Shown here: positions 26,201-37,977 of the stretch, piece by piece | How the letters are laid out: every line of letters starts with the position of its first letter | Position numbering within the stretch: position 1 is the stretch's first letter | Assembly (NCBI GenBank): GCA_964016885.1 | Contig: OZ024760.1 | Coordinates: forward strand, 9,672,001 to 9,736,000 | DNA length: 64,000 nucleotides | Source of the DNA: Eledone cirrhosa | Lineage: Eukaryota | Direction of reading: 5' to 3' | The notes under the pieces: generated by a model | Seen by the model: the letters and a program-made list of their open reading frames with translations, nothing else | Database searches by the model: none | What the model was told of the DNA's origin: nothing | Made by a program: the position numbers and the translations under genes

Positions 26201-27107
26201 TAAAGAATGAGGAGAGGAAGGAACAGAAGAATATGAGTAAGAAACACACACACGTATTCAGTGAGCCATGTTGGAGGTTTAGGAAGGGAGGTAATCATTT
26301 TATATTGGGGTTGACGTGTGTGTGTGCATACTTGTTTGCATGTGTGCACACATGTAGGTCTGTTCATTTGTGAAGAATGGGAGTTGGACCATGATATGCT
26401 GGCTGCTGTGAGATCGTGGATGTGTGAGTGAGCATGTGTATGTGGACTAGTCAACATAGGGAGGACTATAACAAAATACTGGTGTGTATGAATATAACAG
26501 GAGACGTGGTTTGTGTGTATAATATTTAATCAACAATTTGTGGATATATAGAACAGTATAGTTGACATGTCAATGAATAGATGAAAGAATGAAGCAAAGT
26601 TATTAGTTACCGTTTTGGTTGCCAGGCGAACGCGCCTGGCCGCAGACGCCTGGCGAAGGCCAGGAGCCAGAAAGGCAAATGAGAGAGAGGGAACTTAAAG
26701 TTGTTAGTTTTATAGGGTTCTGACCAGAAGTTACAGAAAGGGTTCTACTTCCTGTCTAGAGAGTGTTAATCTATTGGGGATGTGAGTGTCACAACAATGG
26801 AGGCAACTCCTGCTACAGGACTAATCTGTAAGCGAGACATTGTCAGTCTTCTTCTTTGCTCAGATGGTATATTTCGCCCCTTCATTGAACCAAGATGTCC
26901 TCTTACCATCCAATACCACACCAAGCCACCTTGGCCCACAACATTTACCAGCTAAAGTAGAAACTCCAGAGCTGACCATCCTCCTTTCAACATTGGTTGC
27001 TGGTTCAGATGCTAAATATTGAGATAATTTTTCCTTCCTTAATGTTATTTCACAGGAACTTTAAATAATTCCATTTATAATCCACATAAAACTTCATGGA
27101 TGATAGA

Positions 27108-28397
27108 CCCATGATAACCACTGTACTGTACCATTCACCCATGATAACCACTGTACTGTACCATTCACCCATGATACACCACTGTACCATTCACCCATGA
27201 TACACCACTGTACTGTACCATTCACCCATGATATACCACTGTACTGTACCATTCAACCATGATATACCACTGTACCATTGACCCATGATATACCACTGTA
27301 CTGTACCATTCACCCATGATACACCACTGTACCATTGACCCATGATATACCACTGTACTGTACCATTCAACCATGATATACCACTGTACCATTGACCCAT
27401 GATATACCACTGTACTGTACCATTCACCCATGATACACCACTGTACCATTCACCCATGATACACCACTGTACCATTCACCCATGATATACCACTGTACCA
27501 TTCACCCATGATATACCACTGTACTGTACCATTCACCCATGATATACCACTGTACCATTCACCCATGATATACCACTGTACTGTACCATTCACCCATGAT
27601 ATACCACTGTACTGTACCATTCACCCATGATACACCACTGTACCATTCACCCATGATACACCACTGTACCATTCACCCATGATATACCACTGTACTGTAC
27701 CATTCACCCATGATACACCACTGTACCATTCACCCATGATATACCACTGTACCATTCACCCATGATATACCACTGTACTGTACCATTCACCCATGATATA
27801 CCACTGTACCATTCACCCATGATATACCACTGTACTGTACCATTCACCCATGATATACCACTGTACCATTCACCCATGATATACCACTGTACTGTACCAT
27901 TCACCCATGATATACCACTGTACTGTACCATTCACCCATGATATACCACTGTACTGTACCATTCACCCATGATATACCACTGTACTGTACCATTCACCCA
28001 TGATATACCACTGTACTGTACCATTCAACCATGATATACCACTGTACTGTACCATTCACCCATGATATACCACTGTACTGTACCATTCACCCATGATATA
28101 CCACTGTACTGTACCATTCAACCATGATATACCACTGTACCATTGACCCATGATATACCACGGTACTGTACCATTCACCCATGATATACCACTGTACTGT
28201 ACCATTCAACCATGATATACCACTGTACCATTGACCCATGATATACCACGGTACTGTACCATTCACCCATGATATACCACTGTACTGTACCATTCACCCA
28301 TGATACACCACTGTACCATTCACCCATGATACACCACTGTACCATTCACCCATGATACACCACTGTACCATTCACCCATGATACACCACTGTACCAC
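27108..28397. repeat. 26/31-bp minisatellite, about 45 copies
   Basis: Unit CCCATGATATACCACTGTAC(TGTAC)CATTCA. Confidence 0.95.
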
Positions 28398-28752
28398 TGA
28401 CATCTTTCTGTGTCTTGTCAGTGTATCCGGCATGTCAGTGTAACTGGAGTGTCATTCTGGTTATCTTTGAATTGAGCCATGCTATATCACAATACTGTAT
28501 CATCTTTCTAATCCTCTCTCAATGGAGATATTAATGTAGTCGTCCCCCCACACCAAACATCCAAATTTGTTTCATTTCCGGGATATAAATGACCCGCTCC
28601 CATGATTGATTCATCTTCCCGGAGGATAGAAGAATAACCTAAGGAAAGAAAGTGGAATTTAGCTGGAAAATGGTGGCTTCTGCCTCAATTGAAGCAGAAA
28701 TCTGTAATTTCAGTGAGGACAGAAAAAAATAGCCAGATAAATACATCCAGCA

Positions 28753-28806
28753 AAGATGGCGGTGATTATCACAGTCTTCAGTCTTCCGGAAGTACAAAAT
28801 GGCGCC
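28753..28806. promoter_or_regulatory. Putative core promoter motif cluster (YY1 - ETS - YY1)
   Basis: AAGATGGCGG (28753), palindromic CTTCCGGAAG(T) (about 28783) and AAAATGGCGCC (28796) within 54 bp of unique sequence. Confidence 0.45.
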
Positions 28807-28854
28807 TTAAAGATTATCTATAAATTCAAATCTAATATACACAGTAACACATCA

Positions 28855-29555
28855 TATAGATACACACACATACATACATACACACAGACAAACACACATA
28901 TACACATACATATATATATACATATATATACTCGTACACATACATACATACACACAGACAAACACACATATACACATACATATATATACTCGTACACATA
29001 CATACACACATACAGACAAACACACATATACATATACATATATATACTCGTACACATACATACATGGACGCAAACACACACCACGCACATACATATACTC
29101 ACACATGCACTCTCTCACGTGCACACAAACAAACACATGCGCTCGCTTTCTATCTCACACACATACACATACACACATACACACACACACACACAAATGC
29201 ACATACATGTACATATATACACACACACACACACATACACATACATATATACACACAAACACACACATGCACACGTACACAAACACATAGACACACACAC
29301 ACATAGATAGATATACGCATACACACAAACAGATAGACACACAAACACACACACATGCACACGTACACAAACACATAGACACACACACACACATAGATAT
29401 ACGCATACACACAAACAGATAGACACACAAACATACACACAGATACATAAGTATGAAAGTGTAATTTTATATAGAGAGGTGGTGGTGGGGTGTAAATGTA
29501 CTTAAGTGTGTGTGTGTGTGTGTGTGTGAGTATGTATGTGTGTGTATGTGTGTTT
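28855..29555. repeat. Degenerate (CA/TA)n and (TG)n microsatellites
   Basis: Direct observation. Confidence 0.9.
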
Positions 29556-29712
29556 GTGACTTTCTATAGTGGAAAGGAGACAGATATATAAATATATATA
29601 AAAATATATATATACATACCATATGTAAACAACCAACATATACTCAAAATATTTATATACATATACACAATTGATATTAAATAAATGGAAACTATATTTA
29701 TAAAACCATATT

Positions 29713-29774
29713 TATTCTGTTATATATATTTCAATGGCACCAAAAATTTTGGTACGCTCTCATCAGATAAAATA
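29713..29774 (-). ncRNA. Hammerhead motif, second copy of the 16100-16164 family (stem I degenerate)
   Basis: Minus strand TTTTAT-CTGATGA-GAGCGTACCAAAA..TTTGGTGCCATT-GAAA-TATATA-TA; flanks homologous to 16060-16220. Confidence 0.55.
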
Positions 29775-29865
29775 CAAAATGTTTTATAAATATTTGACAT
29801 GACCAAGGATAATATACCTTAACGGTTCAAGTTGTCCCTGGATTTCCAACAAATTAAATATTTCT

Positions 29866-29926
<61 letters not shown>

Positions 29927-30006
29927 GTATATGTATATATATAGAGAGAGATGTGTATTAGAATGAAGGTAAGATAAGTATGCCATCATCTTTACTCTTG
30001 CTTGCA

Positions 30007-30040
<34 letters not shown>

Positions 30041-30117
30041 ACGAAGGAAATGTGGTAAGGAACCAGGTGGACCATAACGCACCAAAGTACTCAATACTTG
30101 AGGTAGTAGAGTGGGTA

Positions 30118-30245
30118 ATAGGAACGAGTAGGACCCCCGACGGCTGAGCTCAAGCCGTTTCGACGGCTAATTCTGGACTAATTAGCCGTCGAATTAGCCG
30201 TCGAAACGGCTTGAGCTCAGCCGTCGGGGTCCTACTCGTTCCTAT
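30118..30245. repeat. Near-perfect inverted repeat (foldback), arms about 55 bp
   Basis: 30118-30173 is the reverse complement of 30191-30245 except for one extra C. Confidence 0.95.
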
Positions 30246-30276
<31 letters not shown>

Positions 30277-30375
30277 CATATATATATGTATATGTATATA
30301 TATATAAGTGTGTGTGTGTATATATATATATACCTATTAAAATAATTTATTATTTATTATTAAATTTATTATTAT

Positions 30376-30411
<36 letters not shown>

Positions 30412-30609
30412 TTAAGGATACTATTTATGGTTATGTATATACTAAAACTTTTTATAGTTATATATATTTTAAACCCTAAATAGTGAAAGACAGTAATTTA
30501 TTGCTACCTTATAAGTAATTTATTACTACCTAATGAAGACTCGAAACCTCGGTTTGGACGAAACAATTGTAAGCTAATAAATGGTTTGAACAGAACTTTG
30601 ATTCATGTG

Positions 30610-30641
<32 letters not shown>

Positions 30642-31331
30642 GATGACGGAATGCTTCTCTATATTATTCTTCGGAAAATATATTTACTCCATTCCAGAAA
30701 CTAATTAGTTGGAAGTGATATTTTAGTAAGTAAGTTGATTTTATAATTTTCTTATTTTACGTCTCTTATATTATTGTTCTGCAACCCCATGCATTGAACC
30801 ACACTGTTATTAAGACAAAACCTATATATTTGCTAGCATTGATATGCATCTGTATGTATATATATGTTACTAGATATGAATTCTTTATTATATATATATA
30901 TATATTTCCCCTGATGAGTCCGCTGGTCTCGCTGGACGCTGCATCGTGGAGGAGGGTTGTCAACCACAGATCTCAGTGTCAGTGGGCAAACAACTGGCAA
31001 ATACAGGCGGCAGGTGGGGCGGGTTAGCAGCCCGGCACTGCTGTAAAATTTAAAATCACTAAAGAAACAGTAAGAAAAAACAAAAATCCATAAATGATCG
31101 GCGCAAAGACGAAAGTAATCCAACGTATTTTACTAATGGGATAAAAAAATTATAAAACGTGCGCAGTGCCGCACTTCTTACTTTATTATACTTTAGATTA
31201 AAATTTCTACCACCACTAGCTCTGCCAGAATCTGACACCTATATTAGCCTCTGAGATCAGAGACAGATCTGAGGCCAATTAACATGCTTCACCTAGCAAC
31301 CAATTGCTAGAAAAACCATTCAAATGGAAAA

Positions 31332-31365
<34 letters not shown>

Positions 31366-31477
31366 TGGACTTACGGTTTCATGGTTTAATGAATAATTCA
31401 TTGGATTATATGATCAGCTGAATGGCAATCGTGTGGAATAGATTTATAAATAGACAACCTTCTTATACTCTAGATAA

Positions 31478-32000
31478 CCTGACACTCCAGATAGTGTGAC
31501 ACTCCAGATAAACTGATACTCCACATAAACTGACACTCCAGATTGTCTGACACTCCAGATTGTGCGACACTCCAGATTGTGTGACACTCCAGACGGGCTG
31601 GCACTCCAGACAGGCTGGCACTCCAGACAGGCTGGCACTCCAGACGGGCTGGCACTCCTGACAGGCTGGCACGCCAGACAGGCTGGCACTCCAGACAGGC
31701 TGGCACGCCAGACAGGCTGGCACGCCAGATAGTGTGACACTCCAGACAGTGTGACACTCCAGACAGGCTGACACTCCAGACAGTGTGACACTCCAGACAG
31801 TGTGACACTCCAGACAGGCTGACACTCCAGACAGTGTGACACTCCAGACAGTGTGACACTCCAGACAGTGTGACACTCCAGACAGGCTGGCACTCCAAAC
31901 AGTGTGACACTCCAGACAGGCTGACACTCCAAACAGTGTGACACTCCAGACAGGCTGACACCCCAGACAGGCTGACACTCCAGATCGGCTGACACTCTAG
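31478..32000. repeat. 17-bp minisatellite, about 30 copies
   Basis: Unit GACACTCCAGACAG(TGT/GCT). Confidence 0.9.
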
Positions 32001-33241
32001 ATAGACCCAAGAAAGACTGGTCTTTTGAAAGACTAGTCTAAATTTTCACACCCACAATCTACATTTTCTTGGCCAGTAAATATTTCAGAAAGTAAACCAA
32101 TCTGTTACAATCAATTATTGGAACATGTTATTGAAGTGGTTTCCTTATTGCTATTACAAAAGTTCAACTGAGTATTAACTACAGTTATGGTGTTTTTTTC
32201 TCTCCTTAGATTACTGAACAGATTTCTCTTGAGGCTAGAAACAAAGACCAGACAGATATAGCTATCTTACTACTTAGTCACGTTTCTCTCTATATATTAT
32301 AGACATTATAACATTTTATTGACAGCCTGCCTCTTGTAAAAAATGAACTGAAGTGATTTACTTCACCTTAAGAGTTCTGAGAATGTGAAAACATTGATAT
32401 ATTTGAGTAAAATTGTAGAATCTGAAGGAACTAGCCATGAGGAAGATGACAGGTTTAATGTTTTGGATACTTGTCCATCTTCAGGAAAAGACAGAAAAAA
32501 GTATGTGTATTACCAGTAATTTAAAGGCTAGTGCTTGTTTCAGCTGTCACAGCTAAGGCCATGCTGGAGTATGTAGCGTGTGGATCATTTTCATCATCAT
32601 CATTGATTTAACGTTCACTTCCCCTGCTAGCCAGGGTTGCCTGGGTCTACATAGACCAAGTCAGGTCTGAAGCAGTGGCTACTGATCTCTCTGACAAGCC
32701 AGGGATCTGTCATCTCTCTTATGTATGGTCATAAGTTCTCCCAATCGCACAGGAGACATAGAACATGTGACCGCACATAAGCGAGAAGTATGTGCGGTGT
32801 AAGAATATTGGTTAAATGGGGAGAAATATAGAAGAAATCAATTAAACAGGAAGAATTTGATGATTTAAAATAGTGTTTGAACATTCAATATGTATATTGG
32901 AAATATTTAAGTGTATTTCTATGTTATATTAACGTTAATATAATCCAAAGTATTGATTTGGAGTAAATATCAATGATAGATATTTAAATAGATATTTAAG
33001 GATACCATTCCTATGTAAGCTGATGGAGCTGTGGTTAGTGATGGCATCTTTTAAAGACACCGTTCCTATGTAAGCTGTTGGTGTGGCGGTTAGTGAGGGT
33101 GTCATTTAAATACACAGGTTATTGCATTTATTCATTCAACTTGCAATAATTGAAATAGTATTGATTGTTCTCTACACATATTCTACAAGTGGCTATAGAT
33201 GAAAGAAAGCATTCTGGTTTAACTCTTTAACATTTACATTA

Positions 33242-33583
33242 GAGGCACATGGCTTAGTGGTTAGAGCATTGGCCTTGCAATCGAAAGGTTGTGAGTTCAA
33301 TTCTCAGACCGGGTGATGTGTTGTTTCCTTGAGCAAGACACTTTATTTCACATTGCTCCAGTTTACTCAGCTGTAGAAATGAGATGGTAGGGACTGGTGT
33401 CCATATCATTCCACTGCAAAGTGGTCGTGGAGGTGCCACGGCAAAAAAGCACCCAGCACTCACTGTAAATGAGGTTGGTGTTAGGAAGGGCATCCAGCTG
33501 TAGAAATCAAGCCAGAATCAGTTCCCGTCCCACCCTTGCAAGCAGGGAAAAGTGGACGTAAAATGAAATGATGATGATGATGA
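33242..33583 (+). mobile_element. SINE family B inserted in a piggyBac-like MITE (33219-33802)
   Basis: Family consensus; host termini TTAACTCTTTAACATTTA ... TAAATGCTAAAGATTTAA. Confidence 0.8.
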
Positions 33584-33871
33584 TTACTCTGTATTTACAA
33601 TCATATTTTCACGGTAAAGGCTTTACCTCACATAATTATCTCACATAATATCGAATTTATATGATTTTAATATTATTTATTTTGAGATCAAAACCTCAAC
33701 ATAAGTATGATCAGTCAGTTACAGACAGTTACAGCCAGTTTGAACAGAAAGAGGTAAGCGAATTCTGGCCGGATATGACCGGTTTAAATGCTAAAGATTT
33801 AATTAACAATAGTTTCCCTTACTACCCTCCAGGGAAACACTTTCTCTATTCTGTCTGCCGGGGTGGCCAGC

Positions 33872-33967
33872 ACATGATATGAAGGCTAAAAAACACTTGT
33901 GGATAGTGCAGTTATGTTGATTTAAAACTGCACTATCCACAAGTGTTTTTTAGCCTTCATATCATGT
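33872..33967. repeat. Perfect 42-bp inverted repeat with a 12-nt loop
   Basis: 33872-33913 is the exact reverse complement of 33926-33967. Confidence 0.95.
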
Positions 33968-33972
33968 TCTCC

Positions 33973-34043
33973 TGTTTTATCTGATGAAAACACAAATATT
34001 ATTGCATGATGATGTTTGTTTTTGAAATGCGCATAATAAAATA
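33973..34043 (+). ncRNA. Minimal type I hammerhead ribozyme motif
   Basis: TTTTAT-CTGATGA-AAACACAAATATTAT..ATGATGTTTGTTTTT-GAAA-TGCGCA-TA-ATAAAA: intact core, stems I and II pair, palindromic stem III. Confidence 0.7.
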
Positions 34044-34073
34044 CATGGAACTCCTTTAACCATCTTTTGATCT

Positions 34074-34115
<42 letters not shown>

Positions 34116-34789
34116 ATATATATATATATCTACATACACACGATTTCATATCAAAAACCTTGCTTAATATCGCCGTCAATACATAATCTTTTCTGTTTAA
34201 TTTTTATAGTAAATTTAATTCATATTTAATACCATTCAAATATCCTTAATGCAAAATTAATTCTTATCTTTTATCCTCCTTAATACTTCTTTTTATCTCA
34301 TCCTACTTTTACTTTTTTATATTTATTTTCTCTGTTATTTTTTCTGGAAGAAAATGGAATTCAGAGATCCATGGATATGGGACTCGTTAAAGAAAGGGAG
34401 CTTAAGAAAGTTACAAAGGGAATGCTGATTGTAATGTCGTCCCCATTCTTATCTATCCAAACCATTTAAACCAGCTGTATCCGGCTGAAATTCTCTCACC
34501 TCTTTCTGTTCAAACCGGCTGTAACCAGCCACTCATACTGATGTTAAGGCATTGTTCTCATAGTAAATAATATCAAAGTCTCATAGATTTGGTATTATGT
34601 GAGATAATTATGTAAGATAAAGTGTTTACCATGAAAATACAATAGTAAATATAGAGTAATGGAAATGATAAAGGATCAAGCCACAACCAGCTCTTTTCCC
34701 AATTAATGCCTAATATATCTTTAGTGTACTCTCCATGCATAAGTTTATCCTTCCATTCTTTTTCAAGTTCTTTTTAAGTGCGATGACGC

Positions 34790-35660
34790 ACTCGGAGAAG
34801 CTTTGGGCCTCGACGAAGTCGAACTGACCAGTCTGTACCGGAGGACTTTTGAGCCGGGGACGATGGACAATTTCCAGAAATCCCTCGCTTGGCAGTGCTA
34901 CCGGGGGGGCACTGCCGGTTCGGGATAAACTCTACAGGCACGGAAGTGCTGTCAGACAGACCTGCCCAAGATGCGCACAGAACGACGAAACCGTTCTGCA
35001 TGCACTTGTCCAATGTCCGTGCATTACTGACTTGTGGAGTTATGTCGAACAGCTACTGTCGCGTGTGGAACGAATCCGGCTATCGGCCGAGTCCATAGTG
35101 AAGATCGATCCACTGCCTTCCTTAGGTCAGGAAGAGCAGGAAATTTTCCTCTGTCTGGTGGTAGTTGCGAAAGAGATTATATGGTGGACCAGGTTGAATG
35201 GACTAAAGACAGACACTTTTCTCTTCGGCCAATCCCTCATCAACTTGTTCAAGTTTCACCTGGAAAGGAAAGGTGAGGGTGGAGAGAGAAGTGCTGCCCC
35301 CCCCCAGTACATTTGCTAAAAGGTGGGTGAATGTGGCGAGAATGGCTCGTGTGAATGGGCCTACTCTGACCAAGCGCCTATAGGCTGGCTAACTTGAGGA
35401 GAGGGGTGCTCTCCTGGGTGCCCTAGAAGCGCAGGGTGGTTCAGGATTGGTGGGGTACCCGAATCACCCCAGGGTCGTCCACCCCCTATCGGGGAATTTA
35501 TTTTGTTATATTTATGCATAGTTTATTTTATATTTTATATTTTCATTGTTAAATTAGTCTTGCCATTGTGCACTTTTACTCCACCTTATTGTAAACCCCC
35601 ACTGTCCCTGTCTTTGTATTGTCCCCTACATGTCGGCCCTTGTGGCTAATAAATGAAATC
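34790..35660 (+). mobile_element. L1/Tx1-type LINE 3' fragment (ORF2 CCHC zinc-finger region + 3' UTR)
   Basis: ALPVRDKL..CPRCAQNDETVLHALVQCP (zf-RVT-like), frameshifted; ends TGTGGCTAATAAA followed by (ATT)n. Confidence 0.85.
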
Positions 35661-36335
35661 GTTATTATTATCATTATTATTATTATTATTATTATTAATG
35701 ATTCCTGTTGTTTTTATTATTTTTATTATCATTGTTGTTGTTGATATTATTATTGTTATCGCTGCTGTTGTTGTTGTGGCTGTTGTTGCTGTTATTCCTG
35801 TTGTTGTTGTTGTTGTTGTTATTATTGTTATCGCTGCTGTTGTTGTTGTTGCTGTTGTTGTTGTTGTTATTATTGTTATCGCTGCTGTTGTTGTTGTGGC
35901 TGTTGTTGCTGTTATTCCTGTTGTTGTTGTTGTTATTATTATTGTTATCGCTACTGTTGTTGTTGTGGCTGTTGTTGCTGTTATTCCTGTTGTTGTTGTT
36001 GTTGTTATTATTGTTATCGCTGCTGTTGTTGTTGTGGCTGTTGTTGCTGTTATTCCTGTTGTTGTTGTTGTTGTTATTATTGTTATCGCTGCTGTTGTTG
36101 TTGTGGCTGTTGTTGCTGTTATTCCTGTTGTTGTTGTTGTTGTTATTATTATTATTGTTGTTGTTATTGTTATCGCTGCTGTTGTTGTTGTGGCTGTTGT
36201 TGCTGTTATTCCTGTTGTTGTTGTTGATATTATTATTGTTATCGCTGCTGTTGTGGCTGTTGTTGCTGTTATTATTCCTGTTGTTGTTGTTGTTATTATT
36301 ATTATTGTTGTTGTTATTATTGTTATTATTATTAT
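35660..36335. repeat. (GTT/ATT/GCT)n triplet array with higher-order structure
   Basis: Direct observation. Confidence 0.9.
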
Positions 36336-36649
36336 AGATGTTAAAAATTCTAGATTAATCAATAACCTTATAATTGAGTTGAACGTGATGACTATTCCTT
36401 CGGGATAAAATGTGTAAAAGTAATAAAGCATGGAACAGACTTGAACAAGAACAAAAAAAAAAAATCGATAAATGTTATGAAAGAGGAAAAAATATAAGTC
36501 TTATTATTTTATAACTAATGTGGATTTCATGACATTTTAGACCAGACAAATATTTGTAATGGTTTCCTGGCTAACTCCACAAATATAGAACGGCTCCAGA
36601 TTTTTTGTTTAATATTATATATTGAAAACATCATCAATATGTTCTTTAT

Positions 36650-37977
36650 ATCCATGTGTTTTTGTTTGCATGGGTGAGACATATAGCTTCTCTCATTTGT
36701 CATGTAGGTTGGGTTTCTTGTAAGGTTTGGTTTCTTGGGGTCAGATTTAACCCCCACCACGCCGCGCCACTTTGGCCCATGTTTTTATGTTGTTGTTTGC
36801 ATGGGTGAGACATATAGCTTCTCTCATTTGTCATGTAGGTTGGGTTTCTTGTAAGGTTTGGTTTCTTGGGGTCAGATTTAACCCCCACCACGCGCCCCTT
36901 GGCCCATGTTTTTATGTTGTTGTTTGCATGGGTGAGACATATAGCTTCTCTTATTTGTCATGTAGGTTGGGTTTCTTGTAAGGTTTGGTTTCTTGGGTTC
37001 AGATTTAACCCCCACCACGCCGCGCCACTTTGGCCCATGTTTTTATGTTGTTGTTTGCATGGATGAGACATATAGCTTCTCTTATTTGTCATGTAGGTTG
37101 GGTTTCTTGTAAGGTTTGGTTTCTTGGGGTCAGATTTAACCCCCACCACGCGCCACTTTGGCCCATGTTTTTATATTGTTGTTTGCATGGGTGAGACATA
37201 TAACTTCTCTCAGTCGTCATATAGGCTGTAAGGTTTGGTTTCTTGGAGTCAGATTTAACCCCCACCTCGCGCCCCTTGGCCCATGTTTTTATATTGTTGT
37301 TTGCATGGGTGAGACATATAACTTCTCTCAGTTGTCATATAGGCTGTAAGGTTTGGTTTCTTGGGGTCAGATTTAACCCCCACCCCGCACCCTTGGCCCA
37401 TGTTTTTATAATGTTGTTTGCATGGGTGAGACATAACTTCTCTCAGTCGACATATAGGCTGTAAGGTTTGGTTTCTTGGGGTCAGATTTAACCCCCACCC
37501 CGCGCCCCTTGGCCCATGTTTTTATATTGTTGTTTGCATGGTGAGACATATAACTTCTCTCAGTCGTCATATAGGCTGTAAGGTTTGGTTTCTTGGGGTC
37601 AGATTTAACCCCCACCCCGCGCCCCTTGGCCCATGTTTTTATATTGCTGTTTGCATGGGTGAGACATAACTTCTCTCAGTCGTCATATAGGCTGTAAGGT
37701 TTGGTTTCTTGGGGTCAGATTTAACCCCCACCCCACGCCCCTTGGCCCATGTTTTTATATTGCTGTTTGCATGGGTGAGACATAACTTCTCTCAGTCGTC
37801 ATATAGGCTGTAAGGTTTGGTTTCTTGGGGTCAGATTTAACCCCCACCCCGCGCCCGTTGGCCCATGTTTTTATATTGTTGTTTGCATGGGTGAGACATA
37901 TAACTTCTCTCAGTCGACATATAGGCTGTAAGGTTTGGTTTCTTGGGGTCAGATTTAACCCCGCCCCTCAGCCCATG
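36650..37977. repeat. Tandem array of about 115-131-bp units, about 11 copies, two sub-types
   Basis: GTTTGCATGGGTGAGACATA...GGGGTCAGATTTAACCCC recurs; four units of about 130 bp are followed by units of about 117 bp. Confidence 0.9.

Noticed and set aside
31290-31312. RFX-like half site CCTAGCAAC
   Set aside because: A single short motif with no other promoter evidence.
33872-33967. Hairpin as a pre-miRNA
   Set aside because: Perfect 42-bp pairing without bulges and adjacency to a hammerhead fit a recent foldback better; no recognisable miRNA family.
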